From: Candidatus Parcubacteria bacterium
GTDB lineage: Bacteria; Patescibacteriota; Minisyncoccia; Phycocordibacterales; UBA918
DNA length: 49,210 nt
Direction of reading: 5' to 3'
Assembly (NCBI GenBank): GCA_046050355.1
Contig: JBJOPW010000007.1
Coordinates: forward strand, 1 to 49,210
Part shown: piece after piece, positions 27,875 through 36,688 of the stretch
Position numbering within the stretch: the first letter of the stretch is position 1
Layout of the letters: every line of letters begins with the position of its first letter
Translations under genes and position numbers: made by a program
The notes under the pieces: generated by a model
Database searches by the model: none
The model's input: only the letters and a program-made list of their open reading frames with translations
What the model was told of the DNA's origin: nothing

Positions 27875-28933
27875 TTATTTACCTTCGAGCTCCTTTACCT
27901 TTTGGAGGGCGATTATATACATACTTTCGGCCCAACCAAGGGGAGTGTTGTCGTTTGGCACGGGACTCTGAGAGAAATAAAGTTCGGGCACTTCCCCATT
28001 TGCTGTCACCGTACCCCGGGCTTGTCTCAAGTAATACCAGGCGCGTTCTTTTTCACCCCGCATGGCATAAATAATCGCGAGCCACGAGAGACCAAAGCAC
28101 CATTCTGCCTCTTCACTGTATCCATCTTCGTTCGCGTTATAGTAACGGTCGAGCTTGTAGCGGATAACTCCACGATCACGGGTGAGATGGTACACGACAT
28201 TTTTAATAATTGTATCGGTCTCGGTTTTGGTCGTCACCGCAAATGGGTAGATGAGAGAAAGGAGGGCGAGGTCAGCAAACTTCGTTTTTGATTCTCGGGG
28301 CAAAAGCTGACGGAGTGCCTCTTCACCGTAGTGGATAGCCACCAGCGGTACTTTGAGCCACTCAATCTGACTCGCAAGCTTGAGCGCAGCCACCCCCGCT
28401 CCCACCGACGAAGCATGCACCTCCATATTCTCTTCCCAAATACCATTGTCAGCATCGTGCCAGTACTCCACCCGCACGAGGTAATCAACAATCATTTGGA
28501 TAACCTCCTGCTCATCGCGACTGGTGGCGACGCCATGTCCGCGTAGTTCCAGGTCACTCAAGAGGTAGAGGACTTCAGCCACCGCATCATTCTGACTATT
28601 CCCCCACTCTTCCCAATATTCTTCAAACGTCTCCGGATGGAAGCGAGCGTGGATGTACTGCCAGGTCTCGTGTGGCTTGTTGGCTATCGCCCAGTTGATT
28701 TTGTCTTTATGCTTAAGGAAGACGCCAAGCAGTGCCCGAGCAGTAGTTTTGACCGTCTCCAAATCACCGGTCTCAAGAAACGCGAGCACGGTGAAAAAAT
28801 TGTCTCGCAACCACGCTTTATCGTAGCCAGTGTCTACCGTGTGCGCTGCCGCCGTAAAGACACCCGTTGGTTTCTGGAGTTTTTTGATGACCGCGAGGTG
28901 AGCGCGAATTTCTTGTTCAAAATCAATACTCAT
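27875..28933 (-). CDS. Glycoside hydrolase family 15 (glucoamylase-like)
   Basis: YDKAWLRD, GIWEE, GVIRY..DRY, VPELY...PLGWAES; start uncertain (28933 or 28957). Confidence 0.85.
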   Translation of the reverse strand: MSIDFEQEIRAHLAVIKKLQKPTGVFTAAAHTVDTGYDKAWLRDNFFTVLAFLETGDLETVKTTARALLGVFLKHKDKINWAIANKPHETWQYIHARFHPETFEEYWEEWGNSQNDAVAEVLYLLSDLELRGHGVATSRDEQEVIQMIVDYLVRVEYWHDADNGIWEENMEVHASSVGAGVAALKLASQIEWLKVPLVAIHYGEEALRQLLPRESKTKFADLALLSLIYPFAVTTKTETDTIIKNVVYHLTRDRGVIRYKLDRYYNANEDGYSEEAEWCFGLSWLAIIYAMRGEKERAWYYLRQARGTVTANGEVPELYFSQSPVPNDNTPLGWAESMYIIALQKVKELEGK

Positions 28934-28935
28934 AG

Positions 28936-29391
28936 CTATTTGTTGAGACTCTGCCAAGCTTTTTCACCATGTTTCGCAATAGCTGCCAGTGGCGGCAACA
29001 CGGCTTCAATATCGCCAGCCGCCCGCGGGTAGTAGGTGCGGAGTTCAGCATAGACCGCTACCGTACGCTCGTACGCGGTGAGGAGCTCAAGGAGCTTCGC
29101 TATCGCCTGCTCCGCCCGGTAGTGGTTTTGTGCGACGATATCCTGATGAAGGGCCTCAACCGCCTCGCGGTTCTGCTGCACAAAGGCCACCATGCAGTCC
29201 TCGGCACTGGTCAGTGCATACTCTTTTTCGTGGGACATGAAGCTGCGCTTCAATTCCTTTGGCCAACGGGCTTCAAGCGCTTCCATCACCAAATCAAACG
29301 CCTCTTGGCGCTGCGCCTCAACAAGCGACAATGGTCGCTCACCACTACTTTCGCCTCCCGATTCTTTACCACGCTTCGGAGTCTTTTCCAT
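28936..29391 (-). CDS. Hypothetical helical protein
   Basis: ORF with TATACT 6 nt before ATG at 29391; abuts GH15 gene. Confidence 0.65.
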   Translation of the reverse strand: MEKTPKRGKESGGESSGERPLSLVEAQRQEAFDLVMEALEARWPKELKRSFMSHEKEYALTSAEDCMVAFVQQNREAVEALHQDIVAQNHYRAEQAIAKLLELLTAYERTVAVYAELRTYYPRAAGDIEAVLPPLAAIAKHGEKAWQSLNK

Positions 29392-29455
29392 GTACGTAGT
29401 ATAGCGCACCCTCCTTACCAAAAGAGACACTCATACACAAAATTATTACTCGTTC

Positions 29456-29884
29456 CTAAAAACTTGTTGTAACGTCTACTTTCGATATGACTTTCTCAAC
29501 ATCGGGTAATTCATTTAAGTTATTCACTATAGGAACTAGAGTTATGTATCCATCATCCCATAAAGCGACTTGGTTTTCTTTTAATTCTAAAAAAGCTTCG
29601 GCGGAATCGGCTTTTTTCAACTCAAAACTAAAATAGAAATCAGGTTTATACAAAACTACATCTTTAAGAAAATCTGTATCTGTAAAAACAGTATTGAGAC
29701 AATTCAAAATATACTGCAAATCGTCTACAGAATTGTTTTCTTTAATCCAGTCAGCAATAATTAACAAATCCCATTTATCCTCATAATCAGTTCTATGGAT
29801 AAGTCCTAGGAAGTACAAAATTTCACCTTTCTCTTTTAAAACAAGGTCTGCTAGTTCTCTAAGTTTATTAATGTTGCCTTTCAT
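29456..29884 (-). CDS. Hypothetical protein, partner of HEPN gene
   Basis: AT-rich; ATGA overlap with HEPN stop at 29881-29884; WDLLIIADW motif. Confidence 0.65.
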   Translation of the reverse strand: MKGNINKLRELADLVLKEKGEILYFLGLIHRTDYEDKWDLLIIADWIKENNSVDDLQYILNCLNTVFTDTDFLKDVVLYKPDFYFSFELKKADSAEAFLELKENQVALWDDGYITLVPIVNNLNELPDVEKVISKVDVTTSF

Positions 29885-30294
29885 GGTTTTGATATCCAAT
29901 TTAACACATTTCTCGATGCTTCGATAATCCCAAGCGTTTCTGACTCAGACCACTCACCTACTCTACGATAGCGTTGATCAACTTGCCAACTTTTAGCTAC
30001 ACGCCAATATGCTTCTAATTTCGTATCGCTTTTAATTTTAAGTTCCAAACCACTAAGATGTAGTAAGTCCGATAGATCGTGTGTTTTAAATGAGGCCAAG
30101 TGCTTGAACTCATTATCAAATTCAGGATATCCATCCTTCCAGTCGAGGTGTATTGAGATTTGACGTTTCAAAATCAATTCTAATGCGTAACCACAGAGAT
30201 ATGCAGCACTGTCAAATCGCTTATGATCAGCAAGTAGCTTCGCATCTTCAAATCGACATTTTGCTATTTTAAATAAATCATCTGCCGATAACAT
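29881..30294 (-). CDS. HEPN-domain protein
   Basis: RFEDAKLL, AAYLCGYALELILK, KTHDL, W...RY pattern. Confidence 0.85.
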   Translation of the reverse strand: MLSADDLFKIAKCRFEDAKLLADHKRFDSAAYLCGYALELILKRQISIHLDWKDGYPEFDNEFKHLASFKTHDLSDLLHLSGLELKIKSDTKLEAYWRVAKSWQVDQRYRRVGEWSESETLGIIEASRNVLNWISKP

Positions 30295-30468
30295 GATTAT
30301 TTCAAGAATACTTTACAGACCCCATTCCTGCAAATCTACAAAATCCAACAAACAATATTTGAGCTGTACTTAAAGAAACATACGCTCATCCGAATAAAGG
30401 AAAATTGAGTTCTTACTCATAGTACTAATATCAAAATCAAGATTTGAGATGAATCACGCGAAGCACAA

Positions 30469-30514
30469 GAAAAACCGCCCGACTGGGATATTAATCCAGG
30501 GAGGGCGGTTTTTC
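30469..30514. terminator. Terminator-like hairpin after rpsG
   Basis: GAAAAACCGCCC...GGGCGGTTTTTC. Confidence 0.7.
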
Positions 30515-30553
30515 GTAGGGCGACAAAGTGAGTCGCTCAAATATTGGTTTTGA

Positions 30554-31024
30554 TTACCAAGCGAAGTGTGCAAAAGCCCGGTTAGCCTCAGCCATCTTGT
30601 GCACATCATCTCGCTTCTTCACTGCCACACCTTCTTCCTTGGCAGCAAGCACGAGTTCGTTTGCGAGTGCCTTGTGCATTGGGATGCCCTTAGCGCCACG
30701 TGCTGCTCCGATGATCCAACGGAGAGCAAGCGCGAGACGACGCTCAGGACGGACTTCACGAGGGACCTGGTAGTTAGCTCCACCGACACGGCGTGAACGA
30801 ACTTCCATGAGTGGTCCGGCATTGCGGAGCGCAGTCTGATAGATTTCGAGCGGATCTCCACCGTCCTTGCGATTCTTGATTTCTTCAAACGCTGCGTACA
30901 CGATCTTGCGAGCTGTTTCTTTCTGGCCGCGCAACATGATGTAGTTGATGAGGCGCTCTACGTCGGTTGAAGCAAACTGGACGTCTGGCTTCACGACGGG
31001 GCGCTTCTTGATTGGTCGTCGCAT
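30554..31024 (-). CDS. rpsG: 30S ribosomal protein S7
   Basis: EVRSRRVGGANYQVP, HKMAEANRAFAHF. Confidence 0.97.
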   Translation of the reverse strand: MRRPIKKRPVVKPDVQFASTDVERLINYIMLRGQKETARKIVYAAFEEIKNRKDGGDPLEIYQTALRNAGPLMEVRSRRVGGANYQVPREVRPERRLALALRWIIGAARGAKGIPMHKALANELVLAAKEEGVAVKKRDDVHKMAEANRAFAHFAW

Positions 31025-31043
31025 TATTGATTTTCTTAATGAG

Positions 31044-31123
31044 CGTAGTGAGTTTTTGAAAATCTGTAGTTCTAAAAATTCTATTCCTAATGAATTTTTA
31101 GAACTGGTTCAAAACTTGCTACG
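31044..31123. repeat. Long imperfect palindrome in rpsL-rpsG spacer
   Basis: CGTAGTGAGTTTTTGAA...GTTCTAAAAATTC / GAATTTTTAGAAC...TTCAAAACTTGCTACG. Confidence 0.7.
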
Positions 31124-31308
31124 AATTTCTTAATAAGTTGTTTTGACTTCATTAAGAATGAGAGTATGGCAATCGCCTCCTTTCATTCTTCGCATATTCT
31201 GATGCCGAAGGTTGCCCTTGCATCTCAGCCGTTATCTGTAGCGAATATAGACTATTTGTAATGTTCTCTTTCTAAGATACGTTATGTCTTAGTTTTTGCC
31301 TGAGCATT

Positions 31309-31435
31309 TGGCGATTTTCAAAATAAGATGAGAAGCGAGGCGAACCAGGAAATTGAAGTGAAATGTATGTGTAATACTTTGAACTTCAATTTGCCGCAGT
31401 TCAACAAAGCTTATCGCTTATTTTGGAAATTGCTA
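31309..31435. repeat. Long imperfect palindrome, ERIC/RPE-like, overlapping rpsL stop
   Basis: Arms TGGCGATTTTCAAAATAAG / CTTATTTTGGAAATTGCTA; internal GAGGCG-AAC...GTT-CAACAAAG loop as in 13846-13968. Confidence 0.65.
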
Positions 31436-31846
31436 TTTAGCTTTAGGCTTTTTCGCACCGTAGCGTGATCTACCCATCGTTCGGTTAGCAACGCCAGTAG
31501 CGTCGTACTTACCGCGCACGATAGTGTAGTTCACACCGATGTCCTTCACACGTCCACCACGCACGAGGACCACTGAGTGTTCCTGCAAGTTGTGCTTGAT
31601 ACCTGGGATGTACGCAGTAATTTCCATACCGTTTGAAAGACGAACACGAGCAATCTTTCGGATCGCAGAGTTCGGCTTACGCGGCGTCTTGGTCGTTACC
31701 TTGGTACATACACCACGCTTAAATGGTGAATTGTACGAATTTGGCTTGTTGATGATTGAGTTGAACCCAACCGTCAAGGCACCAGTTTTCGTACGAGTGA
31801 CCGGATCACGGCGCTTCTTCTTGGTTAATTGATTGATTGTTGCCAT
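31433..31846 (-). CDS. rpsL: 30S ribosomal protein S12
   Basis: [41 protein letters not shown]. Confidence 0.97.
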   Translation of the reverse strand: MATINQLTKKKRRDPVTRTKTGALTVGFNSIINKPNSYNSPFKRGVCTKVTTKTPRKPNSAIRKIARVRLSNGMEITAYIPGIKHNLQEHSVVLVRGGRVKDIGVNYTIVRGKYDATGVANRTMGRSRYGAKKPKAK

Positions 31847-31857
31847 AAAGCCCGCGT

Positions 31858-31886
31858 AGGATACTACAGCTATCCTTGTTTTGCAA
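31858..31886 (-). promoter_or_regulatory. Promoter for rpsL-rpsG
   Basis: TTGCAA-17 bp-TATCCT, 11 nt before ATG. Confidence 0.55.
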
Positions 31887-31894
31887 GCTGAAAA

Positions 31895-32003
31895 TCAAAA
31901 TGGCCGCTATCCGGAGATAGTGACCATGCGAAGGTGGAGGGGCGCTTGTTGCTTGCCCCCCTCCGACCCGCAGTCCCGTAAAACTGGCTGCGACTCTGCA
32001 ACC
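31895..32003 (-). ncRNA. Candidate small RNA (~110 nt, three hairpins)
   Basis: TAGACA-17 bp-TATGCT at 32010-32038; GC-rich hairpins; final hairpin followed by T-tract. Confidence 0.35.
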
Positions 32004-32054
32004 AAAATAAGCATAACCAGAAAAAATAATGCTGTCTAGTACCCTGAACGCAAA

Positions 32055-32687
32055 TTAGCCAATGAGTATCTTAGCGATACTAAAAACAATGCTATACAAG
32101 TAATCACCCAAAACCACCACAAAGAGGAAAATCACCAAAGCAAAGGCCAAAAAGACGTTTTGTTCCATGTAGCGACGGAAGCCCTCATATTGCATACGGA
32201 CTGAAAACGGCAAGAAACGAGGCAAAATCTTTGAACCATCCAGTGGTGGAATTGGTACGAGATTAAAGAAAGCCAAAAAGAGGTTCATCACCACGAGCTG
32301 CGCTGCGAGGAAGAGGAAAGTTTCACTAAGACTCGTACCAGCTCCCACCTGCACCACCACCGCAAATATAAGCGCCAAAAGGATATTTACCGCTGGACCT
32401 GCGGCGGCCACAATCGCTTCGCCCCACTTTTGGTTACGGAAATTATAGGGATTGTACGGCACGGGCTTCGCTGCACCAAACAAGAGGGGTGACCCCGTCA
32501 TAATGAGGAGCCCAGGCACCAACACGGACATAATCGGGTCGATATGGACGAGCGGATTGACCGAGAGGCGACCCTCGAGGCGGGCGGTTGGGTCACCGAG
32601 CCAGTTTGCGGCATAGGCATGCCCCACCTCGTGAAGGACAATTGAAACAATAAGGCCAATAATCAGGGCAATGGTCAGTGGTTCCAT
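32055..32687 (-). CDS. Site-2 protease (M50 family)
   Basis: HEVGH, AAGPAVN, FNLVPIPPLDG. Confidence 0.93.
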   Translation of the reverse strand: MEPLTIALIIGLIVSIVLHEVGHAYAANWLGDPTARLEGRLSVNPLVHIDPIMSVLVPGLLIMTGSPLLFGAAKPVPYNPYNFRNQKWGEAIVAAAGPAVNILLALIFAVVVQVGAGTSLSETFLFLAAQLVVMNLFLAFFNLVPIPPLDGSKILPRFLPFSVRMQYEGFRRYMEQNVFLAFALVIFLFVVVLGDYLYSIVFSIAKILIG

Positions 32688-32865
32688 AGATACCCATTAT
32701 ACATTTAGCCCGTTAAAAATCCTACCTACACTGCTCGTTTCTTACATTATGACCCGGTATACAACCATCAATCGCAAGGAAAATGTCCATTCGTAGGATT
32801 TCTAACGGGTTGAACTTGCAATATTACCCGTCCGTGGTAGGATAGCGGGACTAAAAAACATCGAT

Positions 32866-33108
32866 ATGGCAAAAGTTTGCGACATTACCGGAAAAAAGAC
32901 CCAGATTGGCGGGAAGTACAGTAACCGTACTCGTGCTACGCAGTTCAACCCATCAGGGAAGACCAAGCGCGCTCCTAATCTCCAGAAGCGTCGGATTTTC
33001 GTTCCAGAGATTGAAAAGACTGTGACTATCACTGTCTCAACCAAGGGTCTTCGCACGATTGCTAAGAATGGCGCGTTTAAGACGCTCAAAGAAGCTAAGT
33101 TGATTTAA
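32866..33108 (+). CDS. rpmB: 50S ribosomal protein L28
   Basis: MAKVCDITGKK, PNLQKRR, VSTKGLRTI; promoter TTGCAA-16-TAGGAT at 32816-32843. Confidence 0.92.
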   Translation: MAKVCDITGKKTQIGGKYSNRTRATQFNPSGKTKRAPNLQKRRIFVPEIEKTVTITVSTKGLRTIAKNGAFKTLKEAKLI

Positions 33109-33116
33109 GATCACTC

Positions 33117-33151
33117 ACAAAAACTGCCAGTCACTGACTGGCAGTTTTTGT
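33117..33151. terminator. Bidirectional terminator
   Basis: ACAAAAACTGCCAGTCA-C-TGACTGGCAGTTTTTGT between convergent genes. Confidence 0.8.
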
Positions 33152-33182
33152 TTGCTATAAATACTACTATATATAGTAGTAT

Positions 33183-34058
33183 TTATTCTTCCCACACCGT
33201 TTTCCCATCAGTGACAAATTTCACTCGCTTCCCCTCAATTGTACTGCGGATGGCTATGCCCGCCGCTGTGACCCGCTCCACCACTTCCCCGTTCGGGTGA
33301 CCATATCGGTTGTCAGCACCGGCGGACACAACCGCATATTGCGGCTTCACTGTCTCGAGGAAAAGCTGACCAGTCGAGGTCTTCGAGCCATGGTGTCCGA
33401 GTTTGAGAACTTCACTTTGGAGAGTGTCGCCATAGGTGACACTGAGATAATCTTCAATTCCAGAAGGAGCGTCACCGGTGAGCATAAAATCGATTTCCCC
33501 GAACGACAGCTTCGCCACAATCGAGGCCGTGTTGCTCTCGAGCATCGACGGATTGCGAGCTGGCGAGAGGATGGTGAGCGTCGTTGAGGCACCAAGGGTG
33601 TACACCTGTCCGGCTCTCGCCATATGGACGATATTCGTCTCGGTTGTTAATGCCTTTTGGTACTGGCTTGCAGTCGTGGTCTCACCGGTATTTTCGGTGG
33701 TCAGTATACTCGCTACCTTATACCGGGCGAGCACATCTATCAGTCCCCCGATGTGATCTTTATCGGGATGCGTGCCAATCACGAGGTCGAGCGTGCGGTC
33801 TCCCCAGGACAATTCGCGGGCGAGTTCGCGCAGTACCGTCCCGTCGGGTCCGCCATCAATCAGTGCCTGCACCCCATCTGGCGTTTCAATTAGTATCGCG
33901 TCCCCCTGCCCCACATCAAGAAATGTCACCTCAAGATACGGCGACGGTGTCGAAAAGAATCCTGCTCTCTGTCCTCCTTGTTCATCAAACACCAGTGCGG
34001 CGAGGAGCAATAGCAGTGCCCCAACCATCCCCCACCGCCCGAGTATTTGTCGTTCCAT
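33183..34058 (-). CDS. ComEC/Rec2-type metallo-beta-lactamase-fold nuclease domain protein
   Basis: FLDVGQGDA, THPDKDHIGG, LTGD, LKLGHHGSKTS, NRYGHP; start at MERQ after TATACT. Confidence 0.9.
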   Translation of the reverse strand: MERQILGRWGMVGALLLLLAALVFDEQGGQRAGFFSTPSPYLEVTFLDVGQGDAILIETPDGVQALIDGGPDGTVLRELARELSWGDRTLDLVIGTHPDKDHIGGLIDVLARYKVASILTTENTGETTTASQYQKALTTETNIVHMARAGQVYTLGASTTLTILSPARNPSMLESNTASIVAKLSFGEIDFMLTGDAPSGIEDYLSVTYGDTLQSEVLKLGHHGSKTSTGQLFLETVKPQYAVVSAGADNRYGHPNGEVVERVTAAGIAIRSTIEGKRVKFVTDGKTVWEE

Positions 34059-34110
34059 ACCTGCAAGTATACCTTGTGCTACAATGAGATTATAATCACC
34101 AAACAATAAT

Positions 34111-34689
34111 ATGCACTACACCCCGCTCACATTTGATATCCCTGAACTTGACGGTATTTCGCGCGAGACTCTAGACGAGCATATTGGCTTATACAACGGT
34201 TACGTGAAGCACGTGAATCTTATCGCCGAAAAAATCGAAGCCTTCAGTCATGACCCCGAAAATAACAGTTATGCTATTGGTGAGATGCAGCGCCGGCTTG
34301 GCTTTGAGTTTGGTGGAATGCGCAATCACGAATACTACTTCACGGAGCTTGAAGGGGGCGCTAAGGCGCTCCCCGAGGGCAAGCTCAAAGAACTGATTGA
34401 ACGGCAGTGGGGTTCGGTTGATGCCTGGAAAACACGCTTTGAAAAAATCGCTATGACTCGTGGTGTTGGTTGGGCTATGCTCTATCATGACCCCCACACC
34501 GACCAACTGGTCGCCACCTGGGTGGATGAGCAACACATCGGCCAACTTGCTGATGTCGATATTGTCCTCGCCCTTGATATGTGGGAACACTCATACATGC
34601 GCGACTATGTGCCAAGCAAGAAAAAGGAGTACGTCGAGGCCTTTTTCCGCAACCTCAACTGGGAGGTAGTTAGTGGACGCGTGGTCTAA
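34111..34689 (+). CDS. Fe/Mn superoxide dismutase
   Basis: EH..LY.GYV, NHEYYF, GVGWAML, LDMWEHSY..DY, NLNW. Confidence 0.92.
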   Translation: MHYTPLTFDIPELDGISRETLDEHIGLYNGYVKHVNLIAEKIEAFSHDPENNSYAIGEMQRRLGFEFGGMRNHEYYFTELEGGAKALPEGKLKELIERQWGSVDAWKTRFEKIAMTRGVGWAMLYHDPHTDQLVATWVDEQHIGQLADVDIVLALDMWEHSYMRDYVPSKKKEYVEAFFRNLNWEVVSGRVV

Positions 34690-34690
34690 A

Positions 34691-36331
34691 CTAGCGAAAA
34701 AATATTGGAGTATCTGAATGGGGTGACGCCACAGTGTCAGCCTGTTTAGTAGTGGTCGGTGCCGGTAGTCCCGCCCTGAATGCCGCTTCATCGACAATTT
34801 CCCAACCGACCAGTTCGTCTGCTGCCACTTTTAGGAGTGCATTCATCGAGGCCCTTTGACGCTGCTGCCACCAATACCATACTAGTGCTAATAACCCATA
34901 CGCCACCGGTAACCAGTACCCGTTAAACGCTGGTACCGAGATAGTCGAAAGTGAAAGACTGGCAGCAAACGATGCAATAGTAATAATGTATGCCAAGGAC
35001 AGTTCGGCCATGAGTGCCAAAGGTTGTGCCAACAGCGGAGACATGAGAGCAGCCAGGCCGGTCAAAAAGGTCGCAAGCATTGCTACCGGTACCATCGGGA
35101 GTACGATGAGATTGACCGGTACTGCGACCAAAGACCACTCACCGATATGGTAGAGAATGAGCGGCAGGACCGCTATCTGCGTTGCAATCGTCGCTACAAG
35201 AAATGTCCGGATGGAGAACCAGACGGTGATCTTGGTAAACAACTGTTCGAATTGTGGTGCTAACAGGGCCAGACCAAGCGTCGCCATACATGATAATTGG
35301 AAGCCAATATCGAAACGAAGGATGTATGGGTTCACGATAATCATGATAGTGCCCGCCAGCACCAATATGCGAAGTAGCTGGTAGGGGCGGGCGAGGAACA
35401 TTGTCACGAGTAGTAGCAACGCCATCGTCGTGGCACGGAGTACACTCGGTGTATACCCCACAAGGAGAGCAAAGACGACAATGGCACCGCCCGCCACGAA
35501 GAGTCGATACCGGAACGGGAGAAACAGTGCCGTCACGGTGAGTATAAAGGCTACCACGAGCATGATGTTATACCCGGATAGTACGACGATATGAACAATC
35601 CCAGCTGCACGAAAATCATCAACTAATTCTTCACCAAGCGCTGACTGTACACCGAGAAGCAGCCCGGCACCAAGACCATAAGCTGGTTCGGGTAATACTA
35701 ATGCCAAATGCTCAAGAAAATATCGCTTCAGCTGGTAGAGCCGGGCCAGGAATGAAGTCTCATCGCGCTCGATAATGGTCGGTGTCACAAAGGACAGCGT
35801 ATGGGTTATCCCCCGTGCAGCGAGATACCCTTCATAATCAAACTCACGTCCAAAATCGGTCACAAAGGCTTCGGGGCGTTTGAGATTGCCCTCGACTGCA
35901 ATCGTGTCGCCATAACGAATATCGCTATAGCGATCGACCTGTATAAGTACCCGTGTCTCGGGAGTCGCTACGGTGAGAAGCGTTGCTGATTCACGCACAT
36001 CAGGCTCACGTACGACCCGACCAATGATGGTAGTCTTCCCTTCCACTACAGTGGCGATTTTTTCGGTTAAAGCATCTTTGGCCACATCCATCCGCACTAT
36101 ACCAAAAATAAAGGAGACCAAACTTAGGCTCATAATCAGTAATAACCCTAGCGACCAAGATAATTGCTGTTGCTTCTGCTTAAATACTTTAGTTCGCCAC
36201 CACAGTAGATAAAATCCTCCCGCGATAAGGAGAAGCAAAAGGACGACCGGGAGACTCATATCAACAAATGAGCGGACTAGGACCCCGAGGACAAACCCGA
36301 GCGTAACGGTATAAAACAGCACCGTTTGCAT
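34691..36331 (-). CDS. comEC: ComEC competence protein (OB/DUF4131 plus membrane domain)
   Basis: FDYEGYL, GIVHIVVLSGYN, PSVLRA, DIGFQLS, NLIVLP; start at MQTV after TACACT. Confidence 0.92.
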   Translation of the reverse strand: MQTVLFYTVTLGFVLGVLVRSFVDMSLPVVLLLLLIAGGFYLLWWRTKVFKQKQQQLSWSLGLLLIMSLSLVSFIFGIVRMDVAKDALTEKIATVVEGKTTIIGRVVREPDVRESATLLTVATPETRVLIQVDRYSDIRYGDTIAVEGNLKRPEAFVTDFGREFDYEGYLAARGITHTLSFVTPTIIERDETSFLARLYQLKRYFLEHLALVLPEPAYGLGAGLLLGVQSALGEELVDDFRAAGIVHIVVLSGYNIMLVVAFILTVTALFLPFRYRLFVAGGAIVVFALLVGYTPSVLRATTMALLLLVTMFLARPYQLLRILVLAGTIMIIVNPYILRFDIGFQLSCMATLGLALLAPQFEQLFTKITVWFSIRTFLVATIATQIAVLPLILYHIGEWSLVAVPVNLIVLPMVPVAMLATFLTGLAALMSPLLAQPLALMAELSLAYIITIASFAASLSLSTISVPAFNGYWLPVAYGLLALVWYWWQQRQRASMNALLKVAADELVGWEIVDEAAFRAGLPAPTTTKQADTVASPHSDTPIFFR

Positions 36332-36351
36332 ATCTATAAGTGTAGCAGACA

Positions 36352-36688
36352 AGGAAACGCCCCGATTTATGGTCGGAGCGTCTGGCCATAAGGCCATCTA
36401 CCTCGTTGAGAGGGTCGGCGTAGTTCAGGCCCGGCATGGACAGGTAGAGGAGTCTTTGGCGACTTAACCTTTACCATTCACCTCGAATGAACGAGATGAA
36501 TGCCGTCCGGGCCTCAGTGATTGAAGAACAGAAACTCGTTGTGCGGACTACTGTCACCCGACTTCCCTACCATCGGGACACAGTTTGAAGGAACAACAAT
36601 CAGCAGGGGCATCTCTGCACTCCTAGAGAGTTATAAGGGGAGGAAACTTAGACATGGCGATTTATCTCTCCCAAGCACGCCAAGTCTA
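36352..36688 (-). ncRNA. Candidate structured RNA (~335 nt) with partial RNase P RNA-like motifs
   Basis: TTGCGT-17 bp-TAGTCT at 36694-36722; terminal hairpin 36357-36381; multiple helices; canonical P4 motifs not clearly present. Confidence 0.4.
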
